A stretch of DNA of 64,000 bases from a virus. The notes under the pieces were generated by a model that did not search any database, was not told where the DNA came from, and saw only the letters and a list, made by a program, of their open reading frames with translations. The stretch lies in IMG/VR virus record IMGVR_UViG_3300008108_000098; one strand, written 5' to 3'. Made by a program: the position numbers and the translations under genes. This document shows, piece by piece, positions 32,114 to 41,370 of the stretch; the first letter of the stretch is position 1, and each line of letters starts with the position of its first letter.

Positions 32114-32653
32114 ATGAAATTTATTAAGACTGACATCGACGGATGTTACTTGATCACATTTAAGACGTTTCATGACGATAGAGGTTACTTTGGTGTTCCA
32201 TTCAATACTAATGACTTCAACGAAGGTGTTGGAAAGAAAGTTAATTTTGTTCAAGATAATATGTCCTATTCATATAAGAATGTGATTAGGGGACTACATT
32301 TTCAAAAAGGAGACTTTGAACAAGCTAAATTAGTTACATGTACATATGGTAGGGTTTATGATGTGGTAGTTGATATTAGAAAAGATTCGTATACATATGG
32401 AAACGTGGTTAAAGTTGAACTTGGCCTTGGATTAGAAAGACAACTCTTTATTCCAAGAGGATGTGCACACGGGTTTTCAGTATTAAGCGAGAAAGCTATT
32501 TTCCAATATAAAGTCGACAATATATATAATAAGGAGAGTGAAGGTGGAATCATATACAATGACAACGTTTTAAATATAAATTGGGGAGTAGAACGAAATA
32601 AAGAGATTGTTTCACCAAAAGACCTTGAATTACCCTCTTTTATTTCATTGTGA
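32114..32653 (+). CDS. dTDP-4-dehydrorhamnose 3,5-epimerase-like cupin (RmlC family)
   Basis: Motifs FHDDRGYF, IRGLHFQ, GRVYDVVVDIR, PRGCAHGF. Confidence 0.8.
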   Translation: MKFIKTDIDGCYLITFKTFHDDRGYFGVPFNTNDFNEGVGKKVNFVQDNMSYSYKNVIRGLHFQKGDFEQAKLVTCTYGRVYDVVVDIRKDSYTYGNVVKVELGLGLERQLFIPRGCAHGFSVLSEKAIFQYKVDNIYNKESEGGIIYNDNVLNINWGVERNKEIVSPKDLELPSFISL

Positions 32654-32947
32654 TATTTATATAAAAACGTCAAATTATGTCAAAGATCATTAAGTTAAAA
32701 CAGTCAGATATTGAAAATATTGTTGAGGATATTGTACAAAAGGAATTAGAAAAAATATCCGATGTATCCGAAACAGGAGATGTGTCATCCGCATCTGATG
32801 TTTTAATAGGAAAAGATGAAAAAACAGGTAAAATTGTTGTATTCAACAAAAACACAGGCACAGTTTTAGGTCAAAAATAACTAACCATATTTCAAATTGG
32901 TTTGGTTATGGTTTCGTATATTTCTTAATTTTTAATATATTTGTCTC

Positions 32948-33265
32948 ATGAGTTACATTATTGGGAATAAGTGTATATCTGTGTGCGACACAGCATGTGC
33001 AAAAGTTTGTCCTGTTGATTGTATAAACGGACCAATCGACATTCAAGGTATGGGATTGGAAATCAAATCAATGAGTAAGGAAGAAATTGATGGTAAACAA
33101 TTATTTATCAACCCAAACGATTGTATCGATTGTGGGGCGTGTGTACCTGAATGTCCCGTAGATGCGATATATTCTAACGAAAAAGAAGCAATAGATCTGG
33201 GTGATATTGAATCAGTTTATAAAAATTATAACTTTTACGGTCTCGAATATATCCAAAAAAAATAA
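32948..33265 (+). CDS. 2x[4Fe-4S]-type bacterial ferredoxin
   Basis: CxxCxxxCxxxCP and CxxCxxCxxxCP motifs. Leaderless-like TATATTTG box 4 nt before the ATG. Confidence 0.75.
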   Translation: MSYIIGNKCISVCDTACAKVCPVDCINGPIDIQGMGLEIKSMSKEEIDGKQLFINPNDCIDCGACVPECPVDAIYSNEKEAIDLGDIESVYKNYNFYGLEYIQKK

Positions 33266-33339
33266 AAAAATTTTTTTGATTTACGGATAATTCATTATTT
33301 TCGACTTCACATTTATTCTAAACCATAAAACCAAATTAC

Positions 33340-34245
33340 ATGTTGAAATTTAACAACGTATTGTCTTGTTTCGATGGAGCAAGTTGTGCTCAAATGGCAT
33401 TAAAAAGAGCAGGAATCAAGTACAAAAATTATTACGCAAGTGAAATTGAAGAATCGGCAATCACAGTTGCAGAACACAATTTCCCTAACACAATTAATTT
33501 AGGTGACATCAGAAACATCAAAGCAAAAGATCTACCAAAAATAGATATCATTTTTGCTGGTAGTCCTTGTACTGATTTAAGTATTGCGGGTGAAATGAAT
33601 GGAATGACAACAGAAGATGGTACAACTTTGACAACACTAAAATCATATCTCATTTGTAAAAAGAAGGGTGTTAAGTTTGTTGGTCAATCATATCTATTTT
33701 GGGAGTTTGTTAGATTGATCAAAGAGTTAAAACCAAAGTATTTCTTTTTAGAGAATACAAGAATGAGTAAAATCTATTTGTATATTATCACAAGAGAACT
33801 TGGTGTTGAACCGGTTTTAATTAACTCTTCAGTTCTATCCGCACAAAATCGTGAAAGATACTATTGGACAAATCTACCCGGATTCATACCTCCTGTTGAT
33901 AAAAATATCACATTAAATAAAATCATTCCTGGTGCGGTTTCTTGTGGAACAAGAGGCCGTAAATTGAAAGGTGACGATTTCTATACACAAGTATTCACAA
34001 AAAGAAATGATGGTAAAGCAAACTGTGTTGTAACAAGTCCCGGTTCAACAAACCAATATGTTAAAAACAACAAGGTTCATACGTATTCAATAGAACTCGC
34101 TGAAAAGTTACAAACTTGGCCCGTAGGTTATACCAATGTGAAGGGTGTTAGTAAAACAGAACGATACAGAATGATTGGAAATGGTTGGACCGTTGATGTT
34201 ATATCACACTTTTTAAGATGTGCAAACAAATTATTAAAAAAATAA
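33340..34245 (+). CDS. DNA (cytosine-5)-methyltransferase
   Basis: Motifs GSPCTDLS (PC motif), FLENT (ENV-like), QNRERYY (QxRxR). Confidence 0.75.
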   Translation: MLKFNNVLSCFDGASCAQMALKRAGIKYKNYYASEIEESAITVAEHNFPNTINLGDIRNIKAKDLPKIDIIFAGSPCTDLSIAGEMNGMTTEDGTTLTTLKSYLICKKKGVKFVGQSYLFWEFVRLIKELKPKYFFLENTRMSKIYLYIITRELGVEPVLINSSVLSAQNRERYYWTNLPGFIPPVDKNITLNKIIPGAVSCGTRGRKLKGDDFYTQVFTKRNDGKANCVVTSPGSTNQYVKNNKVHTYSIELAEKLQTWPVGYTNVKGVSKTERYRMIGNGWTVDVISHFLRCANKLLKK

Positions 34246-34251
34246 TTCAAG

Positions 34252-35184
34252 ATGTCAAGAGCAAAAAACTTAAGAGAAAATTCAGATAACAATTTGAATC
34301 TATATGAGTTCATTTCATTATTCACACCAGATAATAAATCAAAGTATGCTGAGTTATTATTAAAATTAATGAAAAAAACTCCTAATCTAAAATCTCATGT
34401 TGATGAGATTAGATATAGATTTAAAAATGAGTTTGGTGTAAATGAATCAAAATTAAATGATCTCAATGAGTTACATTTAATTATGTTTTATAGAATACTT
34501 GATACAACGTTTAATTTCAGTGATTTAAAATCTTTCCAAAAATTTTGTCAACTGAATGAGAGAAATTTAATAAATCAGAATGACCTTTCAAGGTATAGTA
34601 GTTTTGATGAAATAATTAATCAATTGAGTTTAGCTGAGATAAATGCAGAAACGAAAGATTTAGAAAAACAAGTCAAAATTATATTTGAAGATGATGAATG
34701 GATATTGGTTAGACCTTTAACATACCTATCATCAAAAAAATATGGTGCAAATACTAAGTGGTGTACAACTCAATACAACAACCCTGAATATTTTATAAAA
34801 TATTCAACTAAGGGAGTTTTGATATATTGTATCAATAAAAAGACCGGATACAAAGTTGCGTCATTCTATTCATTAGATCGTGAAAATCCTGAATTTTCAT
34901 TTTGGAATCAAAAAGATTCTCGTATAGATTCATTGGATACTGAGCTAACAGAAAGTCTAAAAAAGATTATTTTTACGGAATCTAAAGACATAAATGCAAA
35001 GACAAATAGATTTTTATTATCAGATGATGAGAGAATGAAAGAAGATCTGATTTTGGAGACTTTAAGAGAAAATGACGTGATGCTAAGACCAGTGGAAGCA
35101 ACAATGGATGTAAATGTGGAAGCTCCAATGAATGAAATTGCATCACCTGACATGGATATTCATGAACAAACAGAATTAAACTAA
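34252..35184 (+). CDS. PcfJ-like protein (third paralog)
   Basis: Motif KWCTTQYNNPEYFIKYSTKGVLIYCI. Confidence 0.4.
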   Translation: MSRAKNLRENSDNNLNLYEFISLFTPDNKSKYAELLLKLMKKTPNLKSHVDEIRYRFKNEFGVNESKLNDLNELHLIMFYRILDTTFNFSDLKSFQKFCQLNERNLINQNDLSRYSSFDEIINQLSLAEINAETKDLEKQVKIIFEDDEWILVRPLTYLSSKKYGANTKWCTTQYNNPEYFIKYSTKGVLIYCINKKTGYKVASFYSLDRENPEFSFWNQKDSRIDSLDTELTESLKKIIFTESKDINAKTNRFLLSDDERMKEDLILETLRENDVMLRPVEATMDVNVEAPMNEIASPDMDIHEQTELN

Positions 35185-35189
35185 ATAAT

Positions 35190-35561
35190 ATGGTAAGTCC
35201 TTATGTTTTTCCTGGTATTAAAGAATTACACAAATCAAATTGTAATTTCAAATTGAAGAGAAATGAATTTACACCACAAATTGTTATGGAGCTTGTGGCA
35301 AATAATTGTGGTTTAACAGTTAACGACATCGTTTCAAAAACAAGAAAGAGTATGATTGTTGATGCCAGATATATTTTTTGTGGAATTATGAAAAAATATT
35401 TTAACTATCCATACAAGAATATTGGTGATTTTGTTGGTCACAGGGATCACACTACTGCTATTCATGCAGTTAAGACCTTTCAAAATAGATATGATCTTGA
35501 GGATGGTTATAGAGAGTTAGTTGAATCAATCATTTACGATTTAAACATCAAATTTAAATAG
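35190..35561 (+). CDS. standalone DnaA domain IV (DnaA-box binding HTH) protein
   Basis: SKTRKSMIVDARYIFCGIMKKYF...IGDFVGHRDHTTAIHAVKTF matches the DnaA C-terminal signature. Confidence 0.7.
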   Translation: MVSPYVFPGIKELHKSNCNFKLKRNEFTPQIVMELVANNCGLTVNDIVSKTRKSMIVDARYIFCGIMKKYFNYPYKNIGDFVGHRDHTTAIHAVKTFQNRYDLEDGYRELVESIIYDLNIKFK

Positions 35562-35574
35562 TTATTTTAAAATT

Positions 35575-36120
35575 ATGAAAACACTAATCGTACATCCAAA
35601 AGATGAATCTACAAGTTTCTTGGATATTGTTTACTCACCCATAGAGAACAAAACTGTAATCACTGGTGGGATAACAAAGAATGAACTAAATAAACTAATT
35701 CAAGAACATGATAGAGTGATGATGATGGGACATGGTTCACCTGGTGGATTATTTTCTGTGGGTCAATTTAAAAATTCAGGTGGGTATATAATTGACAGAA
35801 CAAATGTTCCTTATCTAAAAAATAAACAGAACAATGTATACATATGGTGTAACGCCGATAAGTTTGTAGACGAGTTTGGATTAAAAGGGTTCTATAGTGG
35901 AATGTTTATTAGTGAAACATATGAAGCAAGTTATTGTGGTTTACCCGGCACACCACAAGAAGTTGTTGACGAATCGAATTTTGGATTCTGTAATATCATA
36001 TCAAAATATATTGACAATCAAAAAGATGTGATTTATGAGAATGTAAAAAAAGAGTACGGGTTAATCGCTGAGAATAATCCTGTTGCTTATTATAATAATA
36101 AAAGATTATACATGGCGTAG
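35575..36120 (+). CDS. hypothetical protein
   Basis: 181-aa ORF. Confidence 0.45.
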   Translation: MKTLIVHPKDESTSFLDIVYSPIENKTVITGGITKNELNKLIQEHDRVMMMGHGSPGGLFSVGQFKNSGGYIIDRTNVPYLKNKQNNVYIWCNADKFVDEFGLKGFYSGMFISETYEASYCGLPGTPQEVVDESNFGFCNIISKYIDNQKDVIYENVKKEYGLIAENNPVAYYNNKRLYMA

Positions 36121-36335
36121 TATGCAATCCCAATCCATAAAAGACGAAAAAGAATATTACAGAAAAAAAATTATTGAGATGTCTATTGAAAGTAAAAAAA
36201 CCATAACAATAGACACAGAAATGGTTTTAAGTTGTGAAGACTATTGTGAGTTGGGTAAGTTGATAACTGATTTAGTTAATAAAAAAATAAAAGATTGTGA
36301 TGATCACATAGAGCATATGAAAAACATCTAATTAA

Positions 36336-37439
36336 ATGTTATCAGAATTAAAAGGAAAAAAAATTATTTTTAATATTAGTGATGACGTTTCCAATTATTG
36401 GATTCATAGTTTGACTAAAGATCTTAAATTGTTAACCTCAACTAATTTTTATAATCTATTCTATTCAAGCAGATTCGATTTTTATGTTTTGAATTTTGAT
36501 AATAAACAATTTAGTTATGTTGTTTCACTAATAAATGATACTATAAAAAATAATTACGTACATTTTATCATATCGGATTTTACTGATATCAATGACCTTA
36601 TAAGTTATCTTGATGAAATTAAATCTGATAATTTTAATTATTCTTTTCTAAATTATTATTCCGAGGTTTTCTATGATGAGGATCCAATCGACATTACCAA
36701 GTTAAAAAATTTTAAATACCTTTTCACATCTGTGAATTTATTATCCAAGAAAGGTGGTACAATAAAAGAATCGGATCTCATTACACAATTAGGTGATAGG
36801 TACATTTTAGATTACAAATATTCTTTAATTTATTATTACATAAAGTTAGGGTTTTGTTATTTTCAAAAAGGAGAACACTTATTTGATAATTGCAATAGAC
36901 TTAACAAAGTTTTTATGTATACTAAAACTAAGGATGCACATAGAGAAAATCAAATTAATATTGCAATAGAAACAGGAAAAATTTACAACAAAGAATTTGA
37001 TCAGGATGATTGGTATTGGTATTATCACAATTACAACAATTATCACATACCATTTATAATCGATTATAATATATGTAAGTTGAATATCATTAACGAAACT
37101 AACCCCATAATATTTGAAGACGAAAAAAATACACCTCACTTCTTAAGTGAGAAAACATTGAAGGGTTTATTCGTACCAACGCCATCCTATTTATTGTTAC
37201 AAAAACAAGTATATAACGATTTAAAATCGTATGGATTTTATTTCCTGAATGAAGAGTTTGAATCTGATGGGATTGAGAATTATAAGAACTTTTGTAGTTT
37301 TTTAAAGAATGCGACAGATGATGAAATAGATCAGATGTATCAAAAAACAAAAGTTAAAAGTGAACAAAATAAAATTACATTAGAAAAATATATCTCATCA
37401 GATAAGACAAAAGAAATTAATTTACTTATTAATATATAA
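36336..37439 (+). CDS. hypothetical Asn/Tyr-rich protein
   Basis: 367-aa ORF. Confidence 0.45.
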   Translation: MLSELKGKKIIFNISDDVSNYWIHSLTKDLKLLTSTNFYNLFYSSRFDFYVLNFDNKQFSYVVSLINDTIKNNYVHFIISDFTDINDLISYLDEIKSDNFNYSFLNYYSEVFYDEDPIDITKLKNFKYLFTSVNLLSKKGGTIKESDLITQLGDRYILDYKYSLIYYYIKLGFCYFQKGEHLFDNCNRLNKVFMYTKTKDAHRENQINIAIETGKIYNKEFDQDDWYWYYHNYNNYHIPFIIDYNICKLNIINETNPIIFEDEKNTPHFLSEKTLKGLFVPTPSYLLLQKQVYNDLKSYGFYFLNEEFESDGIENYKNFCSFLKNATDDEIDQMYQKTKVKSEQNKITLEKYISSDKTKEINLLINI

Positions 37440-37474
37440 TTTTTTAATTAGAGTATTTTTTATTATATTTCATT

Positions 37475-37822
37475 ATGGACTATAATAAAATATTTTTTGG
37501 TATACTATTCGGTATATTCGGACAAATCGGAACATTTTTACAATTACAAGGATCTTACAAGTATGGTTGGCACGAAAAGTACCAATGGATTATTATTTTG
37601 GCAAGTGTACCTCTCGGTTTTTTGTACATTAAGTCTGTCAATTATTTTATCGAAGGATTTGGTGGACAGATATGGCCAAGTAGGTTAATTGGGTTTGGTG
37701 TCGGTGTAATCATTTTTACTTTGATGTCATATTATATCTTTAAAGAACCGTTGAACCTTAAAAACGTATTGTGTTTAATATTAGGGTTTTGTATTGTTTT
37801 GATCCAACTTTTTGTTAAATAG
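37475..37822 (+). CDS. integral membrane protein
   Basis: 3-4 predicted TM helices. TACATTTG box at about 37832 serves the next gene. Confidence 0.45.
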   Translation: MDYNKIFFGILFGIFGQIGTFLQLQGSYKYGWHEKYQWIIILASVPLGFLYIKSVNYFIEGFGGQIWPSRLIGFGVGVIIFTLMSYYIFKEPLNLKNVLCLILGFCIVLIQLFVK

Positions 37823-38056
37823 AAAATATTCGTTACATTTGTTATGAAATATTAAAACATGACAAAAAAAGGAAAAAAAATATCTGAATTTTATGAAGTG
37901 ATTTGTGATGAAGGCACTATAAAATATGAAGATTTTAAAAAGGCGGAAGAAAAAGTGAAAAGATTATACCAGTCAGAATCTTTTGGGTATTTAGTAAAAA
38001 AAGAAATCGACGAAACTGGTAAGATTTTATCTGAGTTGTTCGTCGGATAAGTTATT

Positions 38057-38773
38057 ATGAAATCATTATGGACATTTGGTTGTAGTTACACTGAGGGTTA
38101 CACAGAGACATCTAAAACCTTTCGAGAGTATAAGAGTTATTGTGGAGATAAGTTCCCAAAAACTTGGCCAGAAATACTCGCAGATAAATTAGAATTGGAA
38201 CTTAAGAATAGAGGTGAAGGTGCAAGTGGTAATCATCAAATCTTTCAAGAGTTTTGTAAACATTCAAATGAATTTTCACAAAATGATATTATAATAATTG
38301 GTTGGACATTCTTAGAAAGATATAGAATTGCAAAAGATGATCAAACGTGGATAAAACTTGGTTCAGGTAAGATCAATGAACAAATACCAATTTCAGAAGA
38401 ATGTCATGAGAGTTTAGTAGTAAACAGAACACTAAAACCCTACATAGACGAAATATACAATTATCAGAAATTAATAGATAGATTTTGTGAATCATTATCG
38501 ATCAATGTTTATTATTGGACAATGATAAACGAATTGATATATGACCAACCAAGAGACATTCTAAATAATAGGAAGTATCTAATAAATGATTTGATCAAAG
38601 ATCAATATGATAATGTTTTTACCGTATCAAAAAAATACGGTGGGTATAATATATTTGAAGAAACAAATGAATTAATTAACGATTTTCATCAAGGCGGAAC
38701 CGGACACGAGGTTCAAGCAAATTTATTTTATAATCATATAGTAGAAAATAATCGCAAGTGGACAAGTCTTTGA
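38057..38773 (+). CDS. SGNH-like hydrolase family paralog
   Basis: N-terminus MKSLWTFGCSYTEGY; C-terminus NDFHQGGTGHE. Confidence 0.5.
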   Translation: MKSLWTFGCSYTEGYTETSKTFREYKSYCGDKFPKTWPEILADKLELELKNRGEGASGNHQIFQEFCKHSNEFSQNDIIIIGWTFLERYRIAKDDQTWIKLGSGKINEQIPISEECHESLVVNRTLKPYIDEIYNYQKLIDRFCESLSINVYYWTMINELIYDQPRDILNNRKYLINDLIKDQYDNVFTVSKKYGGYNIFEETNELINDFHQGGTGHEVQANLFYNHIVENNRKWTSL

Positions 38774-38789
38774 TTATCAATTTGTTATA

Positions 38790-38827
38790 GAAATATTTTG
38801 TGATATCATAAATAATCCATACATTTG
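38790..38827 (+). promoter_or_regulatory. class A promoter: GAAATATTTTGTGATATCATA plus TACATTTG
   Basis: Same element as 27721 and 41311. -7 box 17 nt before the ATG at 38844. Confidence 0.55.
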
Positions 38828-38843
38828 TGTATAATATCAAAGT

Positions 38844-39134
38844 ATGAAAAAGTTTTCTTTTTTTAGAGGTTATGAAAATTCAGAATCACCAAACGTGATT
38901 TCTTATGCTGAATATCACAGATTAAGAGATCAGATGGCAGAAGAACAATATAGAATCAATTTCTATAAACAAATGATGGAAAGGGAACATAAACCATACC
39001 ATAGGAAAATCATTAGTTATTTCAAAAACAAAAGAGATAAACTAATTGAAAACTTCATGATTTTTATAGGGTCAATTGTTGCTTTTATATTCTTATTGGC
39101 CTTTATTGGTTTTATAACAATGTTTTTTAAATAA
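38844..39134 (+). CDS. small C-terminally membrane-anchored protein
   Basis: 96-aa ORF. Confidence 0.4.
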   Translation: MKKFSFFRGYENSESPNVISYAEYHRLRDQMAEEQYRINFYKQMMEREHKPYHRKIISYFKNKRDKLIENFMIFIGSIVAFIFLLAFIGFITMFFK

Positions 39135-39173
39135 CATCACTTAAATTTAAGTTACATGGGAAACACAATTCAA

Positions 39174-39227
39174 CCTATCAAACCATTAGAACCTATCAAA
39201 CCTCTTGAACCAATTAAACCATTAAAA
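39174..39227 (+). repeat. 3 x 18-bp tandem repeat (CCTATCAAACCATTAGAA-like)
   Basis: Seen directly. Lies in a 27-aa micro-ORF (39156..39239) encoding MGNTIQ(PIKPLE)3. Confidence 0.6.
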
Positions 39228-39413
39228 CCAAGAAATTAATATGTTTCTTGTTTTTTCGAATATTTATTATTACATTAATAAAATAAATAAAATTCGATGA
39301 GACAAAACAAACATATTACATCATCATTTAACTGGTCAAAATGGTCAGATGATCGTTCTACGTCCAAAAGTCTCAGAAATTAAAATATTTAAAGTTGTAA
39401 ACTTTAATACTAA

Positions 39414-39441
39414 CCCTGAGACAAAAATCTCGGGGTTTTTT
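39414..39441 (+). terminator. intrinsic terminator: CCCTGAGA-CAAAAA-TCTCGGGG plus T6
   Basis: 8-bp stem with one GU pair, then T-run. Confidence 0.7.
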
Positions 39442-39470
39442 ATTTTATAAATGGTTTAATGTCGGAAATA

Positions 39471-39508
39471 TCATGCATTAGTTAACAAAAATCATTTTAA
39501 TGCATGAA
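39471..39508. repeat. 10-bp perfect inverted repeat TCATGCATTA...TAATGCATGA
   Basis: 16 nt before tRNA-Trp. Possible processing or regulatory stem. Confidence 0.5.
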
Positions 39509-39523
39509 TTAAACGACAAATTT

Positions 39524-39596
39524 GCGGGTGTGGTGCAATGGTTAGCATAGAAGTCTCCAAAACTTTTGATGGGAGTTCGAATCTCTCCACCCGTGC
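39524..39596 (+). tRNA. tRNA-Trp (anticodon CCA)
   Basis: Hand-folded cloverleaf. Loop CTCCAAA with U33; T-loop TTCGAAT; CCA not encoded. Confidence 0.8.
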
Positions 39597-39609
39597 ACAA
39601 AATAAAAAT

Positions 39610-39856
39610 TATGGAACAGGATAACGTTTTAAGTAGATTAGTACCAAGATTAAAAAAGATAGGGATTACCATTGAAATGGTTGGTAACTATCCTTGGATC
39701 TATCTTGAGAAAGTTAATGGTAATAGAATCCAAAGGGAAGATTATTTCTGTGGGAATCACGGATTTACAATTGCATTCCTACCAATTAAGAATGATCAAA
39801 AAATGGAACTAACAGATATAAAAGAAGTTTTTAAAGTAATAAGAAAATATAAATAA
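39610..39856 (+). CDS. hypothetical protein
   Basis: Starts at the ATG just after the tRNA. The longer ORF uses a TTG inside the tRNA. Confidence 0.4.
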
Positions 39857-39857
39857 A

Positions 39858-40283
39858 ATGGAAACTGAAAAATTAGAGTTTATGATGAAGGCAGATGCCC
39901 AATTCAAACAACTTAAAGAAGAAAGATTAAAAAGGATTAAAGAATATTGGAATAATGAATTACCAAAATTCAACGAACCACATGATGTTCCAGATCTACC
40001 ACAAGTAGATGAAAAGGAATGGAAAGAATTTTATGTCCCTAAATTAATTGAGGCTGGTGCCATTCCTAAGAAAGATTTGATTGATGGTCAAATTTACATC
40101 GGTAACCACAGAAATACTACGGTTGCAAGATGGAATCAAGAGACCAATAAGTTTGATCATATGAGACACAAATTTGGTTGGAGAGAGGATGTGTGTAATC
40201 ATTTTGAAGATGATGATGGGTTTGCGTTATTTGTTCCAATTAGATTAGGAACACAAGAAGATTGGGATGAAAAAATAAAATAA
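39858..40283 (+). CDS. hypothetical protein
   Basis: 141-aa ORF. Confidence 0.45.
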   Translation: METEKLEFMMKADAQFKQLKEERLKRIKEYWNNELPKFNEPHDVPDLPQVDEKEWKEFYVPKLIEAGAIPKKDLIDGQIYIGNHRNTTVARWNQETNKFDHMRHKFGWREDVCNHFEDDDGFALFVPIRLGTQEDWDEKIK

Positions 40284-40334
40284 TTAATCAGTATATTTTG
40301 ATTTATAAAGAAAATTATTTATCTTTGTATATAT

Positions 40335-40406
40335 CGCAAGGTAGAGCAGCGGTAGCTTACGAGGCTCATAACCTCGGGGTCGGGGGTTCGAGTCCCTCCC
40401 TTGCAA
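40335..40406 (+). tRNA. tRNA-Met (CAT), initiator-like (C1-A72 mismatch, A11-U24)
   Basis: Hand-folded. Anticodon loop CTCATAA; T-loop TTCGAGT. Confidence 0.75.
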
Positions 40407-40596
40407 CAAAACAGGTGACGACGGCGGTGAAACCCCACTGTCTATAAATCTCAACACCCGCCTTGATTCGCGGTATTATAGCGGTGAGAGTAGAGTTACT
40501 ATAAGTCGGGAGTAGCTATCCAATGACGAAAATGTAACCACAGATATAGAGATATATTTGTTATGATGTACAAAAGGGTACGAAAAACCTGTTAAA

Positions 40597-40670
40597 GGAT
40601 CGGTAGTTCAGTTGGTTAGAATGCTGCCCTGTCACGGCAGAGGTCGCGAGTTCGAGTCTCGTCCGGTCCG
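40597..40670 (+). tRNA. tRNA-Asp (GTC)
   Basis: Hand-folded. Anticodon loop CTGTCAC; T-loop TTCGAGT. Confidence 0.8.
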
Positions 40671-40774
40671 CTCGAAGAGTTTTATAGATTTTCAAACCCA
40701 TTATGGGTCTCAATCGAAAATCCAATCATTGTCTCACTGGTGATTGGGCTAAATGTGAAAGAAAAAATCTATAC

Positions 40775-40862
40775 GGAGAGATGGCAGAGTTGGTCTATCG
40801 CACTTGACTTGAAATCAAGAGAACGGGAAACTGTTCCGTGGGTTCGAATCCTACTCTCTCCG
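40775..40862 (+). tRNA. tRNA-Ser (TGA), long variable arm
   Basis: Hand-folded. Anticodon stem CTTGA/TCAAG, loop CTTGAAA, 88 nt. Confidence 0.8.
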
Positions 40863-41224
40863 CATTAGAAAAGTATTTATTACTATGATCATCGTAGTAA
40901 TAGTTAGTGGAATGTTAATTGGATATATTGTAGGTTGTTTTTTTCTCGATAGATGGATTAATAACGAATCAGAACACATAGATAACCAATAAATAAAACT
41001 TATGACACCAAGGCAGTACAATGAATTAATGAGACAAGCTGATGTTCTTGAAAAAGATAAAATAAACAAAGAATTTCATGATTTGTGGGAACAGTTTACA
41101 ATTGAAAACCCAAATACTATTGGTGGTTTTAAAGAACAATTTGAGTCATTTAAATGGTTGTGGTTTAAATTAAAAGAAAATAAGAAATATTAAATATTTA
41201 ATTAATATAGGTGACTAATCATAA

Positions 41225-41254
41225 CCCCTTGAAAATCAAGGGGTTTTTTATTTT
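41225..41254 (+). terminator. intrinsic terminator: CCCCTTG-AAAATC-CAAGGGG plus T6
   Basis: Perfect 7-bp stem plus T-run. Confidence 0.8.
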
Positions 41255-41257
41255 GAC

Positions 41258-41291
41258 AAACTCGGAAGCAAAACACGTCCAAACTCGGAAG
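41258..41291 (+). repeat. direct repeat CAAACTCGGAAG x2, 22 bp apart
   Basis: Seen directly, just upstream of the class A element. Confidence 0.55.
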
Positions 41292-41310
41292 TTACGAATA
41301 AAATTATTTT

Positions 41311-41330
41311 AAAATATTTTGTGATATCAT
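41311..41330 (+). promoter_or_regulatory. class A element AAATATTTTGTGATATCATA
   Basis: Third copy of the element. The -7 box is degenerate here. Confidence 0.45.
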
Positions 41331-41370
41331 AACTTTTATGTATTTTTACATTACAATTAAATCATTGAAG

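Noticed and set aside
38844-39134. Frame inconsistency near 39600 between my base counts and the ORF track
   Set aside because: Most likely a counting error on my side. It does not affect the calls beyond about 1 nt of coordinate uncertainty.
40407-40596. Fifth tRNA in the spacer between tRNA-Met and tRNA-Asp
   Set aside because: No T-loop (GTTCRA) or acceptor/anticodon stem arrangement could be folded by hand. Kept only as a possible ncRNA.
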